From: Chrysomallon squamiferum | Lineage: Eukaryota > Animalia > Mollusca | DNA length: 64,000 nt | Assembly: GCA_012295275.1 (NCBI GenBank) | Contig: CM022667.1 | Coordinates: 7,936,001 to 8,000,000 of the forward strand | Direction of reading: 5' to 3' | Shown: one piece after another, positions 42,829-64,000 of the stretch | How the letters are laid out: every line of letters starts with the position of its first letter | Position numbering within the stretch: position 1 is the first letter of the stretch | Notes under the pieces: generated by a model | Told to the model about the DNA's origin: nothing | Database searches by the model: none | The model's input: the letters and a program-made list of their open reading frames with translations, nothing else | Program-made: the position numbers and the translations under genes

Positions 42829-45800
42829 TTACGAAGTTACATCATCCGTGAGATCCACCATTGATATTTCTTGTGGTGTCACATCAAAAACATAACAGCT
42901 GTCATCACCTAGGTAGACAACACTGTCATCACCAAGACATACCAAATCATCATCATCATCTTGTTTTTTGATATTGTATGAAGTGTCTATGTAGATAACA
43001 TCATCATCATCCACTTGTGCCTTTTCAAGTTTCATATTGCTGAAACATGACATCATTTCTGAACTCTTATTTTCTGTTTTAATCATTTCTTTATCGCGTT
43101 TCATTTCAGATTCAATACCTTCCTGCTTAACTAAACGTTGGTCTTCCAAGTTAGTACTCTGATCACTTGCAGTTTCTTTCTTGACACTGCTCAGCTCATT
43201 TTTAACAGGCTCTTCTGCTGTAACTGGCACACTCTCAACCACTTTTGATTTTATTTCACTTTCAGGAACTACATAACTGTCAGCTATTTCACTACCAGGA
43301 CACAGGACTGTATCCATCTCAGTAGCCAGTGCTGCCTTCAGTTCAGTGTACTCATCGTGAGAAATAACACCTAAGTCAAGCAGACTCTCCAGTGGTCGAT
43401 AGTGTACAGTCATTTCATCAAGCAGTCTGCCTTTGGTGTAATGTGTGCGGATTTGTGCTCTCTGGGTAGAATCTTGAATTAGCTTCAAAAATGTTCTCCC
43501 TTCTCTTATAACTGCCCCTAGGTTTTCTGTGAAAGCAGAAGTACATTATTAAAACATACTTGCTGAAACATACATTCCTATAAGAATCCATAATCATCAA
43601 TCCTATGTGAAGATAACCTGAAAGGTTTATTTATGTCATTTAGACAAAACAGTTATAGTATCAAGAAAATAATCTATAAAGGAGTAATTATCACAGTACT
43701 CTTACAATATCCACCAAAAAATAATAATTTACAACTGAACAAATGTTTTCATTATTATTCTAATGGTAAACCTAAGTAAGTTTATAAAAAAAAAATACTA
43801 CAAAAAACACGTGAAAATATAGATGGTCCAAGGGAGATAATCTGCATAATTTGTTACAGTTAATCATATATATAAAAGAATAGAAAAGGAAGATTATTAA
43901 AGTAAACATAAAACATTAAGACTATTTTATGAAGATTACATCATAAACTAACTGATAATTAAGTATACAGAGAGTAACAACAAACCTTTCTTGGCAATAT
44001 CTCTTTTAGACAGCTGTGGGAATTCTCCGTGGGGCAAGTATTCTATTTTTGTTCTGGTGAAAGGAGTGAAGTACTCTGTTCCTACATTAATGGCCTCTAA
44101 CAACTTCACTGTTATAGTTCCGGCAGCATCAATCCTTTTTTGTCTTGCTCCAGTCTACAAACAGAAATCAATGTTTTATCTACAGATCAATAACAAACTA
44201 TTATCATAATTAATTAATGCATGCTAAACACACTGCCATCCTACAGAGCAGTACTAGTTTTCAGCAAATTCATGTGATGTCATGTCTGCCCTTTGTTTTG
44301 TTTTTTGTTTTTTTAAATCTATTAAAAACAATAATAGTAATTATTATTATCTACACAGTTAAAACATCCTTAACACACTGTCATAACACATACCAGTACT
44401 AGTTTACTGCGATATCAGCCCTTTGTTATTTTTTAAAAATCTATTACCTATGTTGTGTCTTCATACTGAATGCAGTGCCAAAAATATCTGAATTATAATA
44501 ATAATAATAATAATAAAGTATTTTCACAATTTTTCATAATATTGATATAAAATGGAATTTTTTTAATCTAGAAATGTTTTACAACAATATTATTTTCATT
44601 TGTAGTCGGTGACAAAAATATTTTCAGTATACATATTTATAAGTGACACTTTTTGAAACATATTTTTAAATAACCATATTAATACATCTTCTAATAAATA
44701 CTCTTTCTTTTTACTAATATTTTTCTAACAACTTGTGATTTCAAATTGAATAAGAAATGACTGCAGACTTACCACACTTGATGTTAACAAAGGAAGGGAG
44801 AAAGCCAATTCACGAATCTCATCTCCACATTTTCTCCCATCAACCAATCTGTGAAATACTAAGTAGTTTGTATATTTCTTAACACTAAAGCATCAATATC
44901 TTTTCAAATGACAGAACAGTATCTTTTGAAATGAATGGAACATGATTTAATATAATAACAAAATTACTTGTTTTAACTACTAGAAATTAAAATTTGTAGT
45001 TTCAACAATTGTTTATATTATTAAAATAAAACATTCCACTCAAATTAATAAGAATATGTTTATCAACTGTATATGTAAATAATCATTTAAATTAATAAAT
45101 ATGAAATAAGAAAATGAAACGTAATTATTTATTGAATTAGACTAATAAAAACAAAAAATTTATCACTGAACTTCTGAAGTATACATAATTTTTTATGATT
45201 TAAGAACAAACATTTAAAGAATTACAACTGAAGAACTATGTAATGAATAGTAACTGATATTAATCATACAACACATTTAATTAATGTATGTTTAACTAAG
45301 AAATAGTATATTCTTTAAGAATACACTGTATAATGAAAGCTGCCTTGGCTTACTAAATTAGTTTACCTGATTTGAGTACCAAAACCTTGAAACAATGCAT
45401 TACTAATATGTTCTCCATCCATCTCTACCGAAGCCCAGCATGGGTCATATACTTCCTTCCGAATTCTGATTTTAAAAGGAGTAACAGGGTATCTCTAAAA
45501 AAATAATATATATAATATAATTTCTGACTTTTGTTATGTTACAGTCAATATGTCCAACTACTCCTTTGACCTAATGCCTGAAGTGTTTAGGCGTTTAGCC
45601 TAATGATTAAAATTTCCACAAATTAAGCCAAACAACTAAAATAGACCTCTAGTATTAGGCAAAATGACTTGCAATTGCAAGAAAACATTTATTTTGAAAC
45701 ACATCAAGTAGCGTTTTATTTATTACAGCAGTTCAAATTTGAGTGACATTTTAAACTGCACAAAAAATTGTTCTTGAAACATTTACAACATTTGGTTTTG

Positions 45801-47967
45801 ACACCCCTGCCCACAGTTGCATTTCACAAACCCGTATCCTCCTGTGTCTGACTCCTTTGACACTGCTGCTCCTTTGAACAGCAGTCTCTAGGAACACACA
45901 TCAAACTGGTTCCTGGAATATTTGCCTTTCAGAATTCCAGATGGGCATGCTATGGTATATTGTCCATTGTCATCAACATCTACAATCACTCCCAGCAGGT
46001 TCCTGGGGTCACCACAGCTGGAACAGGCATCGCCATGTTGTCTCCTTCTTCTCCAATCAACACAACACGACTGTGTTTGATCATCCACTCATGTTGCTAA
46101 AAGTTTGCTAAGGACGTCATGAGGTAGTGAAGATGATGTCAGGCCAACACAAGCCTCCATGTCAAATAGAGCTGAATACAGTGATTGCTTGATGACACCA
46201 CTGTAGCCTGAGTTCTTCCTAAACTGAACAAACTTGATGCCTTGACCAGGCCATCCAATGAAGATCGTCTTCAAAATAGTTTTAATAGGTGAAAGTTCCT
46301 CAGACAGTTTGTCCTGCAAAAGCTCAAATGATTCAGTAACATCAGCAAGTGGCACAAACACTAAAGCTGGTACATCCGCACTGACAGAGAAAGGACTGTT
46401 GTGTGGTGTTCTTATAATCCAGAAGCTTGCACACGATGATACACACACTGAGTGATGTGATAGAGGCAACACTGCAGTTTAGTATCTGGAAATGTAGCAC
46501 TTGCAGCACTGACAGCAGCTGTGGTACCTCTGCTAGTACCTCTCTGGGATGTGAAGATCTGTGACAGCTTGTGGTGCTGGTAGTAGATCACTGGTGTGTT
46601 GTTTTGACCGAAGGAGGGCCCTTCTGACTGGAGGAAGTTGAATTGCAGCAGCTTTGAAAACATGCCATTTCATTACTACAAAGCCATTAATACACATATC
46701 GTTAGAGGGCCACTATTCGTACATGCATGAGACATGTAGCTGTGAGGTGAAGATTGTCATTTGTTGACATGAACTTTGGAACAACATGCAATTTAAATAG
46801 TTAAGTTTGTTGATAAACAAGCAAAACCAATAATTTATCCTTTTTCACTTTTCCCACTGCCTTATTATTTACTGTTCACACTAAACAAAGGATTAAACCC
46901 ATTTGACTGATTGCCTGAATTGCTATCACAAGATCAGACGAAAGGACACAAATAAAGAAATTTATTTTGCAGTTTAGTCTTCATCTTGACAATAGGTTTT
47001 ACTAACTATTTTTCGATGATTTGTTATTATACCAGTCCAGACATAAAAAGTTAATTTAAAGAAGTCTAAGGTAACTTTTGCTTGTTATACTTGTCCAGTC
47101 AGTAATTGATTTCTTTTTTATCCACTACAAAACATCATCAAATGAAGTTAATGTTCATTCAGTTTAGCACTTCAGTTTTAAAAATTCTTAAGGTGCTATT
47201 AAAATACCAAAAAATATCTCAGGTACAATAACAATTACAGCAATAAAACATGAATATGTGAACAGAAATTATAATAATAATAAACTACCTAATAAACATA
47301 AATAAATTTGAAGGGGAGAATTGTAGTAACATTCGATTCATGTTATTTTTTAGCTTTGAATTAGTAAAACTAAATCTTCTACTGACAGTAAAACGTCAAA
47401 CCTTTTTTTTTTTTTTTTTTTTTTTTTAATCAATCTTTATCTGCAGAAACCGCATTAAGTTTAACGATAATGAAATAAATTAACCCTCATGGTTCAATGT
47501 AAACATTAACGTTCACATTTTAATTTTCAATCCCTCTCATGTGAATGTTTTGTGTGGTTTTTTTTAGTTTTTTTTTTTTTTTTTTTATAATAAACAAAAA
47601 TAATAACATGGAATATGATCATAATTCATATCGATATCATATGAATATCAGAATATGGCGGTAATTTTTTCGGAGGAGATTTATTCAACAAAATAAAGAC
47701 TGAAGAGGATGGGAAAATAAAATGATTGAAAAAAAAAAATAATGAGAAAAAGTTAACCTGTCCCCTGGTAAAAACGAATGTCTTGTCATCCCCTGAATTT
47801 GGGTGGTCAGCATCATCATGATCCTGATCATCGAGTGGTTCTTCAATCACATAAGAATCTTTAGTATGAAGATCAATTGGTACATACAATTTATCATTGA
47901 ACCAGTATTCCTTCACTTCTTTTCCTGCAATTATAATCTTAAATGTAAATAAACAATTTTTCGACAT
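42829..47967 (-). CDS. Uncharacterised 426-aa protein: beta-rich N-terminal domain ending HYRPLESLLDLGVI, acidic tail with SUMO-site and SIM-like motifs
   Basis: Exons 47967-47758, 45494-45367, 44848-44773, 44154-43986 and 43526-42829. All GT-AG with matching phases (0,2,0,1); 1281 nt with no internal stop. An acceptor (ttcttttaag|) lies 6 nt before the ATG, so a 5' UTR exon is implied. Confidence 0.8.
45716..46254 (-). mobile_element. Decayed Ginger/KRBA2-SCAND3-like integrase fragment (C-terminal part with Cys-rich end)
   Basis: Broken frames give WPGQGIKFVQFRKN...SLYSALF...VGLTSSSLP, DPRNLLGVI...YSRNQF and GYGFVKCNC...LKCHSNLNCCNK*. These resemble motifs I associate with this integrase family. 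Stops and frameshifts are present. Confidence 0.65.
46255..46780 (-). mobile_element. Decayed Mutator-like (MULE) transposase fragment
   Basis: ATFPDTKLQCCLYHITQCVYHRVQASGL (the CxxH region) and PALVFVPLADVTESFELL...TIFIG are typical MULE transposase segments. Frameshifted. Confidence 0.7.
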
Positions 47968-48318
47968 ATTCAGCTTAAAAGAATAACACTATAGCCTTAA
48001 TATGTCATATCTTTTCAATTTTCAGTTTTTTATTTTTCGCGGATAATAGGATATTAGCTTCTTTCACTAATATCCGCTTGGTCCGGGTTATAAATCCAGA
48101 TGGTCCCAGAACCCAACATTAGAAATTGATTAAAGCCTAGCCTAATCGAAATATATACTCAGAAACAAATACGAAGAGACAAAACATGAATAAACCTGAA
48201 CATATCAATACAGAACTATTATTGACCAAAATGTATTATGAATTACTATAAACTTAAAAACTAAAAGACAACGTTTCTCGGATTTTCAAGTCTTTATTTT
48301 CATTCTTTTTTTCTTCTT

Positions 48319-48365
<47 letters not shown>

Positions 48366-48400
48366 CCACAACTTTTCGTACTTGATCAAACTGACATTGC

Positions 48401-48450
<50 letters not shown>

Positions 48451-49848
48451 TGAAAAGTTTTAATGACAGTAAAATGAGTAATAAAAAAATCAAAAAGTAA
48501 TATATTTATGTAATATATAGATAACGCTGTAGTAACAATAGCGGAGAATTATATTTTTTCAATTACATATGAGGATGGTTTCATGAGAACGGTCACATCA
48601 TGGTTTACGTTTGTATACACAAAGTTTTGTTTCTGCCACCTTATTTGACCTTAAGACTGTCAGCCAGTATCATCTAGAATCCGATTTAATGATCAACATT
48701 ACTAGAAATCTCTTACAGAGTAACCCATTGGTTAATACTGACACAATTATCCATTCGCAGCTACGTTTACATTTACAATGCATCCCATCAATTACCTGTA
48801 TTTCCTGTTTTGATTAAAAATTTTATTTCGCAACTAATATATATCGCAGATTTCTGAGTTTTTCGGTAGGTAAAGAGTTGATAGCTGCTGCACGTTTTAA
48901 TTATTGTTTTCTTTTATTGGCTAGAAAGCATATTTGATATTTCAAAGTTAAATGAAATAACTTAAAATTGAGTCTTCTGATCAAGGTGACACATTTATAT
49001 TGCTAACTTACTTACTTAGTATTATACGGACTAACATTTCCGGGAGTTTTAATATAATTATATGTTTTAAAATCATATGTTCAGTGTAACTATAATTTAG
49101 AGATGAGGTCCGGACATCTTTTAAAAAAAAAAAATAAACTGGAAGATTATAATATTTTATTACTTATGGCCGAATAATTTTATTGCACGTCAGTCAATGA
49201 CTAATATATTATTTCATATTTGTATTCATTTATTTATATCAATGATTCAATAATAATCATCATCATTATTATTATTATTATTTATTTGTTTGTTTTAAAT
49301 AAAAAAAACAGTTACATAGTATAGCTAGCTATACTCATATTGATGATATTCAATAAAGACTTAAATCACTTCAAATGTGAGTAATTACTCTTCAAAACTG
49401 GCATTAACTGGCTAGACACCTTAATTTTCACTAAGTGAAACAAAGCCTGTGTTATTATCTATATATAAAGTGTGTCTTATTCTTATTCATGGTTATATAG
49501 CTAATAAGTTTATGGGAAAATGTTTCTTAACAGATCTCCAGGAATATTATTATTTTCTTTTTATTTTTTATAAATTTATTTAATAAAAATGTTGAACAAT
49601 ATTTTAATATTTGAGAGTGGTATGTTATTATTTGTATGTCCCACTGCAAACGTGTTGCAGGTACTTCTATTGTTAACTTCTGATAAAAGATGACCATGAT
49701 GAATGATAGATAATTAATGAGAATCTTAACCTCATCAAACAAGATGAGAAGTCAGAAGTACTGGATATTTATTTACTGAATAAAACCAGTAAACAAAATA
49801 TCCCTTTTCTACAATCATTTATTTTTTTTAGGTTTTTTATTTAGTACT

Positions 49849-49880
<32 letters not shown>

Positions 49881-52445
49881 TGTACTGTTATAATATATAT
49901 AGCAAAATCAAAAATAGTTATAATGCTAATTTTTCAATACTTGTTTAATTTATTATTATTATTATTATTTTGTCCTTTAATCATTTTTCTATAGAAATTG
50001 CTTGGATTTTAATCTCAGTCTTTAGTTGTAGTAATGCAATATAAAATAATTTAAAAATAGTTTGGTAAATTGCAAAATAAATTATTTTCTTAGACACTGT
50101 TTTAATTATATGCATCCATAAGAGTTAAATATAAACTGTACAGGATACAAACTTTTATTTACCTAAATTTATGTAAAGTATTTTATTGATATTTATTAAA
50201 TCTTATTTAATTAAAGTATCAACTTTGGTAACTTGGGATCATATTTCTGTTCATACAAATAAATAAATCATTTATATTTACCTGATTCTTGTATAAGTTA
50301 GTAATTACAAATCATCCAGTACCTGGTTGACATTGTTGTTTTGGTGTCCACTCTCTTCAAAATTACGAGGGTGTGTCCCTAAAATCAGCACTGTCATAGC
50401 ATTCTGTCTGTCTCCTTGCAGTGAAATCACATCATCTGGCTGAAAAGAGAAAATATTTTTAATGATCTTAATATAACAGAAATGTTTATCATTCCATGCA
50501 CCAATGATGGTTTTAAAAATAAAATAATAATAATAATTAAAAAAAAAAAGTTTTAAAATAATGAATTTTTGTATATAAAAATTATAACATATTCAATACT
50601 TTCATTTATTTATTAAAATATTACATGCTGTAAATTATTGAAATTTTTTATTTATTGAAAATAGTTTCATCACTATGATGTTAATTATATTTTCCATTTA
50701 TTAATTATGTATATGTAGATAGAGAAAGAGACAGAGACAGACAATTATAATAATAAGAATAAAATATAAAACATAAAAAAAACAAATTACTTGGGATTTA
50801 GTTTTAAAGCATGCAAAGTGGTAAGTGTAATTAAGGTTATTTTAAAATATGATCACCAAAAGACTGATAATTTGATTATTAAATATACACACTTTATTAT
50901 CATAATTATTCCATGGATACAAACCAAATAAAAAATACATATATTAAAACATATAACCCACTCAAAAACAACAAAGTTTGTAAATCATTTTCTTTATATT
51001 TGTTTTTAAATTGAAAAAAAAATAAAAATAATAATAATTGTGTGTGTGCTATTGTTATTGTTACTGTTTACTTTGTTAATACTTTTAATTTTTTTTATTT
51101 TGTATTTTTGCATTACTGTTATTTTTTATTACTTATTTATTGAATGCAGCTTATTAAATGATTACATTATTAAATTGTTTTAATGAAATGAAACTATTTG
51201 ACTGCCTCAGTTCAGTCTGGTCTGATCTCCTTCACCTTGGTCTTCATTCATTGGTTACCTTTGTCTCAACTAAACTATGTTTTATAATCAATATGCCAGC
51301 AAAGTTATATTAGCAAAAATATAATCATTTCTACTTTACCCCAACTTCTCATTAACAGTTTGAGATCATTGTAAAGTTTAGCAGTATCATTAAAAATTAT
51401 TATATTTATCTGAAAGGTTGTAAAGCAATGAATATTTGTATACTTAATAATGTTAACAGACAGAGGAGTGGATATTATTGATATTTAATTTATCACTCAG
51501 AAAACATTAAAATTAAAAAAAGTTTTCTTACATTTTTCAGAGTTATGTAAATAATGAACAATATAATTATATTTACAGAGAAGGTAAAAAAAAATAAGGT
51601 TATAAATGTGAGTCATAAATAAAATATATTTAAAATATAACAAAATCAGTGTTGAGATAATTCATTTAAACAAATATTAAATTATTTATACGTGACTTAC
51701 TTGTATTCTGTTTACTGCTGAAAATGTAAACTGAAAAATGTTTACGAATCACTGTATCGTGGTGTTGAAGAATCTAGCAGGAACTAAAATATTTCTCTGT
51801 ATGGAAATTACTTGCACAAGTCAGGAGTAAATAAGTGTAAAACAATTCACAAGTGTTTTTGACAACACAGTAACAGATTTGAAATGTCTGGTAACATTGT
51901 CACGCAATTTGTTTTCAAAATTTTCTTCATTCCTCTGATACGTCCAACATGACCTCGATGGGTGTTTACTTTTTATTTTATTTTTCATCCTTTTAACAAA
52001 TGAAATTTTTTTTTTTTTTTTTTTTTTTTCCTTTCTGTTTAAAATTTTTATAATCACAGGATAAAGGTAGATAAAAACTAATAATAACAAAAGAGAAAAA
52101 AGAAATGAACTAATTTTCAATGCCACTCATAAGCTAGTTTTTCCTTTTTCTTCAAAAAGGAGAGATTTCTGGCTGTTATAAATTCACAAAAGTCCGATAA
52201 CTTTTTAATTACTGTTCATTCGTATAACAAAAATATCCTTAATGTCTAATTCATTAATTTATTAATATAAAGAGGATTCAGAATAACGGACCATTTTTTA
52301 TTTGTTTATTTTTAAATTAATAAGAATTTTGTGACACAACTATTGTTTTTTTCTTTATTTTTTTCAGAAATATTTTTCCTTTTTAATTTTACTAATCAAG
52401 TTACTAAAAAACCTAAATAACGTTGATATAGAGACTTAAATTTTT

Positions 52446-52584
52446 GTTTTTACAACTGCATATAATGTTACATTCTTTGTATCTATACATTTTTATTTTT
52501 ACAACTTCGTATAATGTTACATTCTTTGTATCTATACATTTTTAATTTTACAGCTGTGTATAATGTTACATTCTTTCTATCTAT
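52446..52584. repeat. 49-bp tandem repeat, ~2.7 copies
   Basis: TACAACTGCATATAATGTTACATTCTTTGTATCTATACATTTTT variants start at 52451, 52500 and 52549. Confidence 0.85.
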
Positions 52585-52884
52585 GCGAGTCACTGCCTTG
52601 GGCAAAACTGTTTTAAAACTGCTATCATTAACCTAATCTCCATGTCCATGTGACAAGTCATCTGTTTGTGTTAGTCGTTTTACTTTGTTTTGTTTGTTTA
52701 GTCAGAACAAAGAGATGTTAGTCACTTGTGTCTTTATAGCAGATTATTAAATTTGTTTTTAAATTTTAAATTTTTTTGAAAATCAAAATGTGATTACAAA
52801 ATACTAACTAAATTAAAGAATGATAATTTCTGAGATTTTAAATGCGTCATGAATATATAGTAAATAATAATAGTACATATGTTG

Positions 52885-52918
<34 letters not shown>

Positions 52919-53698
52919 AATATTAGGCATTAATAGTAGGCATTAATTGTATAAAAAACCCAAACATTTTATACATTTTTCAGTGTATGTAATTACTATT
53001 TATGTCAACATAATACAACTGAATATGTGTATGTATATATGTATGTGTGAGGTGTATTTGTCTATTTTTGTGAATCTTGTCTACATGAAAGAATATATCT
53101 ACTAATTAACAAATAAAAAATGTATTTTTTCATTAATTTAACAGGTTATCAACAAAATACTAAAACTATCTAATTTTAGGTAAGTATTGTTAATAGGAGT
53201 AATGAATTAAGTTTGAGTTACATGTATTTTTATTATTAAAGTTGCTTCTTTCACCTTAATGTCATTATAAATTTTATTTTATCAATTTAAAATATTTGAT
53301 TTTCAAAACTGAAATTGGTTTCACATCCCCATTTTATAATGAATTAATATGCAACCAATTTTAAAAGATACGTTTATATGCTGTAGAAAAAAAGATTACA
53401 TTTTTTTTTTTTTTTTTTTTTTTTTTGTCATTTATTTATGTATTTAATTACTTTTTTATTTATTTATTGTTTATTTATTAATATTATTTTCTGTTTGGGG
53501 ATGGGAGCCAATAAGGTATTAACAATCTACAGAAACATGAAATAAGCAACTTTAGTATTCCATATTGCCAATTCTGTTTTTGTTTCATTTTTGTGATTTT
53601 GTTTTTACTTTTCTAAAACTGACAGTTGATTTGTTTATGTTTGATTTTTGTTTGCATGTTGTTATATTTTGAGTTTATTCGTTTGACAGGTTTTTAAG

Positions 53699-63702
<10,004 letters not shown>

Positions 63703-63710
63703 GTGAGTTG

Positions 63711-64000
63711 AAAACATCTTTGTTTACATTTGTATTTAAAACATCTTTGTTTACATTTGTATTTAAAACATCTTTGTTTACATTTGTATTTAAAATATCT
63801 TCATTTACATTTGTATTTAAAACATCTTTGTTTACATTTGTATTTAAAATATCTTTGTTTACATTTGTATTTAAAATATATTCATTTACATTTGTATTTA
63901 AAATATCTTCATTTACATTTGTATTTAAAATATCTTTATTTACATTTGTATTTAAAATATCTTTGTTTACATTTGTATTTAAAATATCTTCATTTACGTT
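63711..64000. repeat. 27-bp minisatellite, more than 10 copies, running off the window
   Basis: Unit AAAACATCTTTGTTTACATTTGTATTT with a variant AAAATATCTTCATTTAC...; it starts 8 nt after the exon donor. Confidence 0.95.

Overview
AT-rich, intron-containing animal genomic DNA. It is probably a mollusc or other lophotrochozoan; this is an impression from composition and repeats, not proven. 1-26 kb: a head-to-tail array of five beta-tubulin genes with the same exon plan (57/109/356/~820 nt). The first gene is cut by the window edge, and two carry a single extra A. 26.9-31.5 kb: a convergent pair, a GT31 beta-1,3-galactosyltransferase-like gene and a GT11 alpha-1,2-fucosyltransferase-like gene. 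35.8-42.1 kb: a 13-exon C18orf63 (DUF4708) homologue with an AT-AC minor-spliceosome intron and a C-terminal SAP-like domain. 42.8-48.0 kb (- strand): a 5-exon uncharacterised gene whose tail is packed with SUMO-acceptor and SIM-like motifs, with a MULE/integrase transposon relic in intron 1. 53.7-64 kb: the 5' part of an NDRG gene, with a Tigger element, a minisatellite built from its own splice donor, and a 39-nt cassette exon. The main leads are a candidate in-frame 99-nt extra exon in tubulin gene 3; tubulin paralogues homogenised by gene conversion except at drug-pocket residues and tails; the PAZ-like plus SAP architecture of the C18orf63 homologue; and the poly-SIM orphan. All gene models were built by hand from splice signals and remembered family motifs; no searches were run.
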